Part shown: positions 52,634-64,000 of the stretch, piece by piece
Position numbering within the stretch: position 1 is the stretch's first letter
How the letters are laid out: the number at the start of each line of letters is the position of its first letter
DNA from: Candidatus Limnocylindrus sp.
GTDB lineage: Bacteria > Chloroflexota > Limnocylindria > Limnocylindrales > Limnocylindraceae
Direction: 5' to 3'
Assembly (NCBI GenBank): GCA_040397175.1
Contig: JBBAWM010000003.1
Location: forward strand, 159,255-223,254
Length of the DNA: 64,000 bases
The notes under the pieces: model-generated
The model's input: the letters and a program-made list of their open reading frames with translations, nothing else
What the model was told of the DNA's origin: nothing
The model's database searches: none
Made by a program: the position numbers and the translations under genes

Positions 52634-53733
52634 TGGGTGACGAGCTTCTTGCCGGTCGGCCCGTTGTTGAGCGCGAGGCCGACGGACCAACACTGCTGCG
52701 CGAAGCAACGCTGCAACTTGAGGCGGCGGGGAGTCCTACACCGCGCCTCGATGCGGAGACGCTGCTCGCAGCGCTGCTCGGCACGCGCGTCTCCACCTTG
52801 CGCACCGCCGTTGCCGCAGGGTTCCCGCTCCCACTCCCAGCGCTCATCGAACTCCCAGAGCCAGAGCCGCTCAGCGATCGACACCCGCAACTTGCACAGG
52901 CACTGCGCATCGCAAGAAGCGCGTTGACAGCGGGCAATGCCCCAGCGGCACTCGCAGCACTGGTGCAAGCGCGCGCCGCGGGTCGACCGATCAGTCACCT
53001 CACCGGGCGTCGCGGATTCCGCAAGCTAGAACTCCTTGTCACCCCTGACGTGTTGGATCCGCGACCGGAGAGTGAACTGATCATTGAGACAGCACTCGCC
53101 TTCCTCGCTGGCCGCGTTGCCGCCGACCGCGCACTCGGTCGCGCACCACATCCACTCAACGCTGCGGAGATCGGTACCGGGAGCGGCGCACTCGCCGTGG
53201 CACTCGCCGACGAATCGCCAGTGCCACTGCGCCTGATTGCCACTGACATCTCTGGCGATGCGCTGACTGTTGCCCGCGCAAATGCGCTGCGCTGCGGTGT
53301 TGCCTCGCGCATCACGTTCATGCACGGTGATCTTGCGGAGCCGCTCCTTGCGTCACGTGCACCGGGCGACCCTGCGCACCTCGACCTGCTCATGGCAAAC
53401 CTGCCCTATGTGCCAACGGCGGAGGTTGATGAGGCCAAGGCCGCCGCAAGCATTCGCGACCTCGCACCACGCGATGTAGCGCGACTCAGCATTGCCGCAG
53501 AGCCGCGTCTTGCACTCGACGGTGGTGTCGATGGGCTTGAACTGATTCGACGGCTGGTTGCTGAACTACCGCGACTGTTGCGCCCGGGCGGGGCTGCGCT
53601 CCTTGAATTCGGCGACGGCCAAGGCGACGACGTTGCGCGACTCGCCGATGGCCTCGGCATTGGATGGCGCGTGGCGATTCGTGGTGATCTCTCTGGTCGC
53701 GACCGCATGGCTGAAATTCGTCGGAGCGGGTAG
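52630..53733 (+). CDS. prmC: Release factor glutamine methyltransferase (HemK), with insertions
   Basis: [26 protein letters not shown] and [11 protein letters not shown] motifs. Confidence 0.92.
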   Translation: MMGDELLAGRPVVEREADGPTLLREATLQLEAAGSPTPRLDAETLLAALLGTRVSTLRTAVAAGFPLPLPALIELPEPEPLSDRHPQLAQALRIARSALTAGNAPAALAALVQARAAGRPISHLTGRRGFRKLELLVTPDVLDPRPESELIIETALAFLAGRVAADRALGRAPHPLNAAEIGTGSGALAVALADESPVPLRLIATDISGDALTVARANALRCGVASRITFMHGDLAEPLLASRAPGDPAHLDLLMANLPYVPTAEVDEAKAAASIRDLAPRDVARLSIAAEPRLALDGGVDGLELIRRLVAELPRLLRPGGAALLEFGDGQGDDVARLADGLGIGWRVAIRGDLSGRDRMAEIRRSG

Positions 53734-53739
53734 CGCGTC

Positions 53740-54606
53740 ATGCCAGTGAAACCAACACTCCCAATTCGACTGCTCGTGATGGATCTCGATGGCACCCTGC
53801 TGCCACACGGCGGCGTCATCGCCAAGCGCACCATCGATGCGATTCGCGCGGCCCGCGCGAAAGGGGTGATTGCCACGATCTCGTCGGGCCGCAACGTGCC
53901 GTCGATCATTGAGTATGCGCACCAGATCGGCCTCGACGGCCCACTGATTGGCATGCAGGGGGCGATCGCGCGCGAGATTCCGGCGAAGGGCGAGGCTGGG
54001 TCAGGGCGCATGATCCGGCACTTCCCCTTCCCTGCCCACCTCGGCGCTAAGGCGGTCGCATGGTGCCGCGAGAACAGCCTCTGGGGCCACGCCGTGATTC
54101 GCGATGACCTGCGCTTCGACATCCGTGATCCACACGTGCGCCAGTACGAGACGTGGCTGCAGGGGGATGCGCTCAAGCGCCTCGGCACGGTGCCAGACCT
54201 CGCCTCCTACCTGACCGAACGCAAGCTGCACCTTTCTAAGGTGGTCGCCCACGCCCCGGAGGGGCATGTGGACGGGGTGCTCGATCAGGCTCGGGCCACC
54301 TTCGCCGGGGAGCTCGATGTGACCATTAGCCACCCCGAATACTTGGAGTTCACCGCCCCCGGGGTCAATAAGGGGACGGCGCTGCGCTGGCTCGCCCGCC
54401 GCCTCAAGATCCCCCTCGGCCAGGTGATGGCGATCGGCGACCAGTACAACGACCTGGAGATGCTCGATGTCGCCGGGCACGGGGTGGCGATGGCTGGAGC
54501 CCCTGGACCGGTGCGGGCCGTGGCGCAATACGAGGCACCCCGTTGTGAAGATGACGGTGCAGCCCGCATGATTGAGCGCCTGATCCTTGGATCAGCGGGA
54601 GAATAG
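53740..54606 (+). CDS. Cof-type HAD superfamily hydrolase
   Basis: DLDGTL, SSGR, GVNKG and GDQYNDLEM motifs. Confidence 0.92.
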   Translation: MPVKPTLPIRLLVMDLDGTLLPHGGVIAKRTIDAIRAARAKGVIATISSGRNVPSIIEYAHQIGLDGPLIGMQGAIAREIPAKGEAGSGRMIRHFPFPAHLGAKAVAWCRENSLWGHAVIRDDLRFDIRDPHVRQYETWLQGDALKRLGTVPDLASYLTERKLHLSKVVAHAPEGHVDGVLDQARATFAGELDVTISHPEYLEFTAPGVNKGTALRWLARRLKIPLGQVMAIGDQYNDLEMLDVAGHGVAMAGAPGPVRAVAQYEAPRCEDDGAARMIERLILGSAGE

Positions 54607-54647
54607 GGGCCAACCACCCGGACGGGGGTAGTGAGAGGGAGGGGACC

Positions 54648-55949
54648 ATGAGCAACGCCGCACACGATCCGTTGATGAACCTGAGCCTTCGCGAGGTTGA
54701 TCCTGAGCTTGACGCCATCTTTGTCAACGAGGCGGTGCGTCAGCGCGACCACATCGAGCTGATCGCCTCCGAGAACTACACCTACGCCGCCGTCCGCGAA
54801 GCGCAGGGCTCCATTCTCACCAACAAGTATGCCGAGGGCCTTCCCGGGAAGCGCTACTACGCTGGATGCGAATTTGTCGATGAGGCCGAAAACCTAGCGC
54901 GCAACCGTGCGCTGCAACTGTATGCGGGCAGTGAACACGTCAATGTGCAGCCGCACTCTGGTGCGTCGGCAAACATCGCAACGTTCACCACCTCCATGTC
55001 GCCAGGCGACTCATTCGTTGCGATGAGCCTCGACCAGGGTGGACACCTCTCGCACGGCGCATCGGTCAACATTTCTGGAAAGTGGTTTAAGCCAACCTTC
55101 TACGGCGTACGCGCCGATGATGGGCTCGTTGATTGGGACGCGGTACAGCGCGCCGTTGACGAAGCGAAGCCAAAGGTCGTCATCGCCGGTGCATCGGCAT
55201 ATCCGCGCGTGCTTGACTTTGAAAAGTTCGCCGCGATTGCGCACGCAGCGGGCGCAAAGCTGATGGTCGACATGGCACATATCTCTGGCGTGATCGCAGC
55301 CGGTCTACATCCAAGCCCATTCCCGCACGCCGATTACGTCACCACCACAACACACAAGACCCTGCGTGGCCCGCGCGGCGGCATGATCTTCGCGCGAGCG
55401 GATGAGGCGGCCGCGATTGATAGGAGCGTCTTCCCTGGCAATCAGGGCGGACCGCTCATGCACGTGATTGCGGCGAAGGCGGTCGCCTTCAAGTTGGCGC
55501 TACAGCCAGAGTTCCGCACGTACATGCAGAAGACCCTGGCAAACGCGCAGGCGCTTGCCGCCGCACTCGCGGCACGCGGGTTCGGTGTGATCACCGGTGG
55601 CACCGACAACCACCTGATCCTCTGTGACGTAACGCCGCTCGGCGTTACCGGCAAGGAGGCCACCGCTGCACTGGAATCGGTCGGCGTGACGATTAACAAG
55701 AACAGCATTCCGGGCGAAACGCGATCACCGATGGTGACGAGCGGCGTGCGCTACGGCACGCCCGCCGCAACGACGCGTGGCATGGGGCTCGCCGAGATGG
55801 AACAGATTGCGCAGTGGTCGGTTGAGGCGATCGCCGCGCGCGAGGACGCCGCCAAGCTAGAGCAGATCCGCGGCGAAGTGGTGAAGTTGGCACGACAGTT
55901 CCCAGTTCCAGGTAATGATGCTGCGGAGCTTGCGGCGCGCAAGAGCTAA
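54648..55949 (+). CDS. glyA: Serine hydroxymethyltransferase
   Basis: LIASEN, NKYAEG, GGHLSHG and TTTTHKTLRGPRGG motifs. Confidence 0.98.
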   Translation: MSNAAHDPLMNLSLREVDPELDAIFVNEAVRQRDHIELIASENYTYAAVREAQGSILTNKYAEGLPGKRYYAGCEFVDEAENLARNRALQLYAGSEHVNVQPHSGASANIATFTTSMSPGDSFVAMSLDQGGHLSHGASVNISGKWFKPTFYGVRADDGLVDWDAVQRAVDEAKPKVVIAGASAYPRVLDFEKFAAIAHAAGAKLMVDMAHISGVIAAGLHPSPFPHADYVTTTTHKTLRGPRGGMIFARADEAAAIDRSVFPGNQGGPLMHVIAAKAVAFKLALQPEFRTYMQKTLANAQALAAALAARGFGVITGGTDNHLILCDVTPLGVTGKEATAALESVGVTINKNSIPGETRSPMVTSGVRYGTPAATTRGMGLAEMEQIAQWSVEAIAAREDAAKLEQIRGEVVKLARQFPVPGNDAAELAARKS

Positions 55950-56998
55950 TGCCCTATCTCGCGATTCTGACGCCGTATCTAGCACTTGCTGCGGTGGCGG
56001 CTGTCGTCGCCCACGTGGGCACAAAGCTCGTGCGTCGTGTTGCCGTGACGTTCAATCTTGCCGATGCGCCAAATGAGCGACGCATCAACACCACCTTGAT
56101 GCCGCGTGCTGGTGGCTTCGCCGTCGCGCTCTCTTTCTTCTTGGTTGGTTCGACGGTCACGATTCTTGCTGCGCCGCTCGGCCTGACAGGCGGAACACCG
56201 CTGCCAACATCCGGCATCGCCGCACTCCTCTTTGGGGTCTTACTCGCGGGCGTGATCGGCCTCGCAGATGATCGTTTCGATTTGCGTGCACGGTGGCAGC
56301 TTGCTGGGCAGCTGATCATTGCAGCGGTGCCGATCGCATTCGGCGTCCGGATCGCCATCCTGTCGAATCCGTTCGGTGCGGGTGACCTATTGATCCCCGA
56401 CGCCATTGGACTCGCCCTGACCCTCTTCTGGGTCCTCGGCATGCAGAACGCCATGAACTTCATCGATGGGCTTGATGGTCTTTCGGGTGGGATCGCCCTG
56501 ATCGCTGCGGTCACCCTGGGCGTGATCGCCCTCCCAGCGACCCCCCTCCTCGCTGCCCTCTGCTTCGCCTTGGCGGGGGCTCTCGCCGGCTTTCTGCGAC
56601 ACAACTTCTACCCCGCCTCCATCTATATGGGGACGAGCGGGATCCTGGCCGTCGCATACGCCCTCGCAGTCCTCTCCCTCCTCGGCACCGCCAAGGTTGT
56701 CGCCGCGCTGCTCATCCTGGGAGTCCCCATCATTGACGCCTTCTTCGTGATCGTGGGGCGGCTCCTGACCGGGCGCTCCCCATATAGTGCCGACAAGACC
56801 CACATCCACCAGCGACTCATCGATGCGGGGCTCAGCCACCGTGGAGCAGTCCTTGCCCTCTATGGCGTCACCCTCCTCCTTTCGGTTGGGGCGGTGGTGC
56901 TGACCGCAAGTGCCGCCCTGTACGCCTTTGCCGGGCTCCTCGTCCTACTCGGCGGGGCGATCGTCTGGCTCTCGCGACGCGCGGAGCGCCGCACATGA
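55949..56998 (+). CDS. Undecaprenyl-phosphate GlcNAc-1-phosphate transferase (WecA/TagO, MraY-like GT4)
   Basis: GLADDR, NAMNFIDGLDGL, NFYPASIYMG and ADKTHIHQRL motifs. Confidence 0.9.
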   Translation: MPYLAILTPYLALAAVAAVVAHVGTKLVRRVAVTFNLADAPNERRINTTLMPRAGGFAVALSFFLVGSTVTILAAPLGLTGGTPLPTSGIAALLFGVLLAGVIGLADDRFDLRARWQLAGQLIIAAVPIAFGVRIAILSNPFGAGDLLIPDAIGLALTLFWVLGMQNAMNFIDGLDGLSGGIALIAAVTLGVIALPATPLLAALCFALAGALAGFLRHNFYPASIYMGTSGILAVAYALAVLSLLGTAKVVAALLILGVPIIDAFFVIVGRLLTGRSPYSADKTHIHQRLIDAGLSHRGAVLALYGVTLLLSVGAVVLTASAALYAFAGLLVLLGGAIVWLSRRAERRT

Positions 56999-57390
56999 GC
57001 GCGCCTAGCCCAGCCCCAAAAAGCGAACGCGAGTTTGCCGACCCTCCGCTAGAATCGCTGCAGATTCCCGAAAAGGCTGTAGGCCTGACCACCGACATCG
57101 GTAAGGGTGCGTATCTCGCCCTCTTCTCGCAGATCGGTATCAGTCTCCTCATCGCGAATCTCGGTGGAGCACTCCTCGGACACTGGATTGACGGTCAGCT
57201 CAACAGCGAACCGATCTTCTTGATCCTCGGATTCATCGGAGGTTTTACCGCTGGCGCGATGGCCGCGGCACGGCTGGTGCAACGAACGTTGCGCCACCTT
57301 GATGCACTTGACGTTGCAACGAAGGCAGCAAAGCGAGAACGTGAGGCGCGCCAACGCGACGCCGCACGATTGAAGGGGAGGGTGGAATGA
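56995..57390 (+). CDS. AtpZ/AtpI-family ATP synthase accessory protein
   Basis: GALLGHWID..EPIFLILG pattern; first gene of the atp cluster. Confidence 0.75.
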   Translation: MSAPSPAPKSEREFADPPLESLQIPEKAVGLTTDIGKGAYLALFSQIGISLLIANLGGALLGHWIDGQLNSEPIFLILGFIGGFTAGAMAAARLVQRTLRHLDALDVATKAAKREREARQRDAARLKGRVE

Positions 57391-58343
57391 GCGTCGCTCC
57401 GGCGAAGAAGAGCTCAACGAAGCGCACACTTCTTCTTGCTGCGCTCGGCGTACTCGCCCTCGACATCTTCGCCGGCATCGTTTCAAACGGTGCCGGACTT
57501 GAAGGGTTTCCTGGTGGCGTGATTGCGAAGGCGCTCGAGCCGATCGTTCCACACGCAGTGATTAATCTCGGGAGCGAAGAGCATCACGTTGCAACTCTCT
57601 TCGACTTCTATCCATCCATTACAGGTTCGATCATCATGAGTTGGATCGTGATGGCGGTGGTGATTGTTCCGCTGACGATTGCCTCGCGCCGATTGAAAGA
57701 GGTGCCGAGCGGCGCGCAGAACGTATTGGAGTTCGCCATTGAGGGGCTCACCTCATTCGCGATGGGGATCGGTGGCCCAGGCGCCAAGCGCTTCATCACC
57801 TTCTTCCTCGCCTGCTTTCTCTTTATTGCAGTCTCAAACTGGTCGGGCCTCATCCCTGGTGTCGGCCGACTGCATGAGTTCCGTGCGCCAACGAGTGACG
57901 TGAACGTCACGGTTGGCTTGGCGCTGGTCGCCTTCGTCTACTTCCACTATCAGGGCGTTCGTGCGCTCGGCATTGGTGGCTACCTTGGAAAGTTCTTCAC
58001 CCTCAAGGGCGGCCCTATCGGCCTCTTTGTTGGCGTGTTGGAGTTCTTCCTTGAGCTAGTGAAGCCGATCACCCTGGCAATGCGACTCTTCGGCAACATC
58101 TACGGCGGTGAGCTTGCCCTTACCGTGATGACCACGATCACCCTCGCCTACATCCCAGTCGCCCTGTATGGTCTCGAGCTCTTCGTGGGCCTCATGCAGG
58201 GGATCATCTTCAGCGTCCTTGTCCTCGTCTTCACCATGCTGGCCATGGAGGGGCATCACGAGGAGGGGCACGATGAGCACAGCCCGGCAGCGGCCGGGGA
58301 TGGCGCGACGGCGGGAGCCGAATCGCGAGTTGCGGCACACTAG
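57387..58343 (+). CDS. atpB: ATP synthase F0 subunit a
   Basis: NWSGLIPG, APTSDVN, LAMRLFGNI and ELFVGLMQ motifs. Confidence 0.97.
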   Translation: MSVAPAKKSSTKRTLLLAALGVLALDIFAGIVSNGAGLEGFPGGVIAKALEPIVPHAVINLGSEEHHVATLFDFYPSITGSIIMSWIVMAVVIVPLTIASRRLKEVPSGAQNVLEFAIEGLTSFAMGIGGPGAKRFITFFLACFLFIAVSNWSGLIPGVGRLHEFRAPTSDVNVTVGLALVAFVYFHYQGVRALGIGGYLGKFFTLKGGPIGLFVGVLEFFLELVKPITLAMRLFGNIYGGELALTVMTTITLAYIPVALYGLELFVGLMQGIIFSVLVLVFTMLAMEGHHEEGHDEHSPAAAGDGATAGAESRVAAH

Positions 58344-58413
58344 CCGCAGGCAGAAACGGAGCGTCGGACGCACGGCACGAGTCCGGGCGGCGACACAGTA
58401 GGAGGTACGAACC

Positions 58414-58623
58414 ATGGACAAGCTTCAGGCGGGCATCGCAGCCCTCGGCGTAATTGGGCCGGCCCTCGGCGTAGGCATTGCCACAGCGGCAGCCGCCAGC
58501 GCAATTGGTCGTAACCCAGAGGCAGCGGGCGCGATCCGCGGCGTCTTCATCATTGGTGCCGCGTTCGCAGAAGGCCTCGGCGTTCTCGCGATCGTGCTCG
58601 GCATCCTTTCACTCGTTCTGTAA
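58414..58623 (+). CDS. atpE: ATP synthase F0 subunit c (H+-type signature)
   Basis: IGRNPEA loop and FAEGLG; the Q..E(S/T) Na+ motif is absent. Confidence 0.96.
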   Translation: MDKLQAGIAALGVIGPALGVGIATAAAASAIGRNPEAAGAIRGVFIIGAAFAEGLGVLAIVLGILSLVL

Positions 58624-58638
58624 GGCGACTGACCAACG

Positions 58639-59211
58639 ATGCAGGGAGTCGACCTGATCCAGGGAGCGCTTGGCGCCACCCCGTTTGCTGAGGCCGCCGC
58701 TGGCGGAGCCGAAGGCGCCGGGCTGAGCTTCAACCTCTTCTGGATCCTTGTCTCAGCAGCGAACTTCGCCTTCTTCATTATTGTGCTGCGCGCAGCTGCG
58801 CTCGGACCAATCACGAAGATGCTCGACGAGCGACGCGAGCGCATCGAGCGCGGGCTTCGCGAAGCGGCTGAGGCCACGATCGCCAAGAGTCGCGCGGAAG
58901 AGGCGGCGGGCGTTGCGCTCGCCGACGCTCGACGCGAGTCGAACGAGATCCGTGCCAACGCCGATAAGGCAGCGGCGCAGATTCGCGATGAGCAGGTCGC
59001 CACACTGAAGGCGGAGTTGGATCGCATGCGAGCCGACGCCACCAAGGAGATTGAGGCGGCGCGCGTGAGCGCACTCGCCGCAATCCGTAGTGAGGTAGCC
59101 GATCTGGCCATTGGTGCCGCCACGAAGGTGGTCGGCTCCTCGATGGATGGCGATCGCCAGCGCGCCCTGGTGGGCGAGTTCTTGGACGAGCAGTCCAAGA
59201 AGGGGAACTGA
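58639..59211 (+). CDS. atpF: ATP synthase F0 subunit b
   Basis: NLFWILVSAANF..PITKMLDERRERI followed by a coiled coil. Confidence 0.95.
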   Translation: MQGVDLIQGALGATPFAEAAAGGAEGAGLSFNLFWILVSAANFAFFIIVLRAAALGPITKMLDERRERIERGLREAAEATIAKSRAEEAAGVALADARRESNEIRANADKAAAQIRDEQVATLKAELDRMRADATKEIEAARVSALAAIRSEVADLAIGAATKVVGSSMDGDRQRALVGEFLDEQSKKGN

Positions 59212-59213
59212 TC

Positions 59214-59759
59214 GTGGACCGACCGCTCGGCTCTTCACGACGATACGCGGCAGCTCTCCTTGGCCTTGCCAAGGACGCGTCGTCGGCGGCGTCTCAGGCA
59301 GACGAGCTCGACCGCCTCGCAGCGGTTCTTGCGGCACCGGGTGCTCGCCAGATTCTCGACGACCCACGCACGCCAGCGGCTGGCCGTGTGGCGGCACTCG
59401 AGAAGGCGGCGGGCGGCACGGTCAGCCCGCACATTCATACGTTGATCGGCATGTTGGCGCGACGACGCACCCTTGCGTCGATTCCGGCAATCGCCGAGGC
59501 AACGCGCGACGCGCTGAATGCGCGCAACGGCATCACCATCGCACGAGTGGTCACCGCCCTTGAGGCGAGCCCTGCAGAGCGCACACGATTTGAGACACAG
59601 GCCGCCACGATGGCGGGCCGCGCAGTTCAGATGTCGTACGAAGTAGATGCAAGCCTCGTCGGCGGAGCAACGCTCCGAGTCGGCGATCGACTTGTTGATG
59701 GCAGCGTTAAGGGGCGGCTCTCGCGAATGCGTGAGCGGATCCTCTCGGTCGCCGGCTGA
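59214..59759 (+). CDS. atpH: ATP synthase F1 subunit delta
   Basis: RRYAAAL and VDASLVGG..RVGDRLVDGSVKGRL motifs. Confidence 0.95.
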   Translation: MDRPLGSSRRYAAALLGLAKDASSAASQADELDRLAAVLAAPGARQILDDPRTPAAGRVAALEKAAGGTVSPHIHTLIGMLARRRTLASIPAIAEATRDALNARNGITIARVVTALEASPAERTRFETQAATMAGRAVQMSYEVDASLVGGATLRVGDRLVDGSVKGRLSRMRERILSVAG

Positions 59760-59798
59760 ACCGGCAGAGCGCGTAGAGCAGCGAGGAGCGAGAAGATC

Positions 59799-61331
59799 AT
59801 GGCAATTAAGTCTGACGAGATCATCAGCATTCTGAAGGCCCAGATCGAAGGGTTCGATGGGAGCGCCGAGTCGCGCACCGTCGGTACCGTTGTCGAGGTG
59901 GGCGATGGCATTGCACAGGTCTACGGACTTTCAGGCGCGCTCTCGTCTGAACTTCTGGAGTTCCCAAACGGCGTTGCCGGCATGGCCTTGAACCTTGGTG
60001 AAGAGACTGTCGGCGCCGTGCTCCTTGGCGACGCGAAGTCCATTAAGGAAGGCGACACCGTTAAGACGACCGGCAGGGTTGTTGAGGTACCAGTCGGCCC
60101 CGAGCTGATCGGACGTGTTGTTGACCCACTCGGTCGACCACTTGACGGCAAGGGCCCAATCAACGCGAAGAAGTCGCGCCCCGTTGAGCGCATCGCTCCG
60201 GGCGTTATCAGCCGCAAGTCGGTCACCACGCCAGTGCAGACCGGCATCAAGGCCGTAGACGCACTGATTCCAATCGGCCGCGGTCAGCGCGAGTTGATCA
60301 TTGGCGACCGCCAGACCGGCAAGACCGCCGTTGCGGTTGACACGATCATTAATCAGAAGGGGAAGGGCCTCATCTGCATCTACGTTGCGATTGGCCAGAA
60401 GCTCTCGACCGTGCGCACCGTTGTTGCGCAGCTTGAGAAACAGGGCGCGATGGCACACACCGTCGTGGTGGTCGCAGGCGCCGAAGATCCAGCACCGCTC
60501 CAGTACCTCGCACCATTCGCCGGTTGCGCGATTGGCGAAGAGATCATGGAGAACGGCGTCACCATTGACGGCGTGTTGGTGCGCGATGCACTCTGCGTCT
60601 ATGACGACCTTTCGAAGCACGCCGTTGCCTATCGTGAAATGGCGCTGCTCTTGCGCCGACCACCAGGACGCGAAGCTTACCCAGGCGACGTCTTCTATCT
60701 GCACAGCCGTCTGTTGGAGCGCGCAGCGCGCCTCTCCGATGACCTTGGTGGTGGCTCACTGACGGCGCTGCCAATCATTGAGACGCAGGCGGGCGACGTG
60801 TCGGCGTACATTCCAACGAACGTCATCTCGATCACTGACGGTCAGATCTTCTTGGAGACCGACCTCTTCAACGCCGGTCAGCGACCAGCGGTGAACGTGG
60901 GTATCTCCGTATCACGCGTGGGTTCTGCCGCGCAGACGAAGGCGATGAAGAAGGTCGCCGGTCCGTTAAAGCTCGACCTTGCGCAGTACCGCGAACTTGC
61001 GGCCTTTGCACAGTTCTCGGGCGACCTCGACAAGTCGACACGCGACCAGCTGACGCGCGGCGAGAAGCTCTCGTCGATCATGCGCCAGCCTCAATACCAG
61101 CCGGTTTCGATGGAGAAGCAGGTTGCGATTCTGTACGTCGCATCGAAGGGGAAGCTCGACGACGTACCAACGCCACGCGTTGGTGAGTTTGAGTCGGGCT
61201 TCGGCACCTTCCTCGAGCGCGAGCGCGCGGCGATCTTGACGAGCATCGCCAAGGAGAACGCGATCTCTGACGATACGGCGAAGGGTCTCGACGAGGCCGT
61301 CGACGCATTCCGAAAGGGGTTCCTCGCCTAA
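59799..61331 (+). CDS. atpA: ATP synthase F1 subunit alpha
   Basis: [29 protein letters not shown] and [10 protein letters not shown] motifs. Confidence 0.98.
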   Translation: MAIKSDEIISILKAQIEGFDGSAESRTVGTVVEVGDGIAQVYGLSGALSSELLEFPNGVAGMALNLGEETVGAVLLGDAKSIKEGDTVKTTGRVVEVPVGPELIGRVVDPLGRPLDGKGPINAKKSRPVERIAPGVISRKSVTTPVQTGIKAVDALIPIGRGQRELIIGDRQTGKTAVAVDTIINQKGKGLICIYVAIGQKLSTVRTVVAQLEKQGAMAHTVVVVAGAEDPAPLQYLAPFAGCAIGEEIMENGVTIDGVLVRDALCVYDDLSKHAVAYREMALLLRRPPGREAYPGDVFYLHSRLLERAARLSDDLGGGSLTALPIIETQAGDVSAYIPTNVISITDGQIFLETDLFNAGQRPAVNVGISVSRVGSAAQTKAMKKVAGPLKLDLAQYRELAAFAQFSGDLDKSTRDQLTRGEKLSSIMRQPQYQPVSMEKQVAILYVASKGKLDDVPTPRVGEFESGFGTFLERERAAILTSIAKENAISDDTAKGLDEAVDAFRKGFLA

Positions 61332-61358
61332 CGGCGAGGGGCGAGCGGCGAGGAGAGC

Positions 61359-63654
<2,296 letters not shown>

Positions 63655-63668
63655 GGGTTCCAACCGCA

Positions 63669-64000
63669 ATGTCATTTACGTTGGAGATCGTGACGCCGGA
63701 GCGCCTCGCCTGGAAGGGCGAGGCCTCCGCGTTGGTCTTACCAACGATTGATGGCGAAGTCGGCATCCTGCCGAAGCACGAGCCGTACGTGACGGTGCTC
63801 GGCTCCGGCGAAGGGCGCATCACGACGCTCGACGGCTCGGTCGAGCACATCGCCATCATTGGTGGATTCGTGCAGGTGCGACCCGATCGCGTGGTGGTGC
63901 TGGCCGAGTCGGCCGATCTTTCGGGGGAGCTCGACATTGCCACCATCGAGAAGGCGAAGGCCGCCGCCGAAGCGGCGATCTCGGGCGCTGGCACACAGGA
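63669..64000 (+). CDS. atpC: ATP synthase F1 subunit epsilon (partial, runs off window)
   Basis: MSFTLEIVTPER..GEVGILPKHEP..GGFVQV..VVVLAESA. Confidence 0.95.
   Translation, partial: MSFTLEIVTPERLAWKGEASALVLPTIDGEVGILPKHEPYVTVLGSGEGRITTLDGSVEHIAIIGGFVQVRPDRVVVLAESADLSGELDIATIEKAKAAAEAAISGAGTQ

Noticed and set aside
53395-53410. PrmC NLPY instead of NPPY
   Set aside because: A known natural variant of the motif, not evidence of a new function.
54607-54647. Riboswitch (ZMP, glycine or THF) upstream of glyA, and likewise upstream of purH
   Set aside because: The spacers are too short and lack the conserved aptamer motifs.
58414-58623. Na+-coupled ATP synthase
   Set aside because: Subunit c lacks the Gln and the Ser/Thr after the Glu that form the Na+ site.

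Overview
This is a high-GC bacterial chromosome segment centred on the replication origin. The gene style suggests Chloroflexota, possibly class Limnocylindria; that is inference only. From left to right it holds: (i) a minus-strand complex I operon, nuoA-B-C-D-H-[I slot]-J-K-L, in which NuoI is split in two and a NuoE/NuoF/NuoG-GltD-like electron-input module sits between the halves; (ii) a MidA/NDUFAF7 methyltransferase, folK, a strongly diverged PurH and a 1394-aa double GT-C glycosyltransferase paired with a GT2; (iii) dciA-recF-dnaN-oriC-dnaA and the divergent rpmH-rnpA-yidD-yidC-jag; (iv) a 16-kb minus-strand block, parA-parB-gyrB-gyrA-prs-secA-prfB(+1 frameshift)-ftsE-ftsX-ctpA-smpB-ssrA, which also contains an unannotated small transcription unit encoding a 15-aa peptide and is flanked by a consensus parS; (v) mreD-pbp2-rodA, rplU-rpmA-rpmE, prfA-prmC, glyA, a WecA/TagO-like gene and the F-type ATP synthase operon, cut off in atpC. 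I saw no mobile elements, CRISPR arrays, rRNA or tRNA genes. The top candidates for novelty are the split-NuoI complex I with an apparent NADPH input, the smORF transcript upstream of smpB and the tandem GT-C protein-glycosylation fusion.
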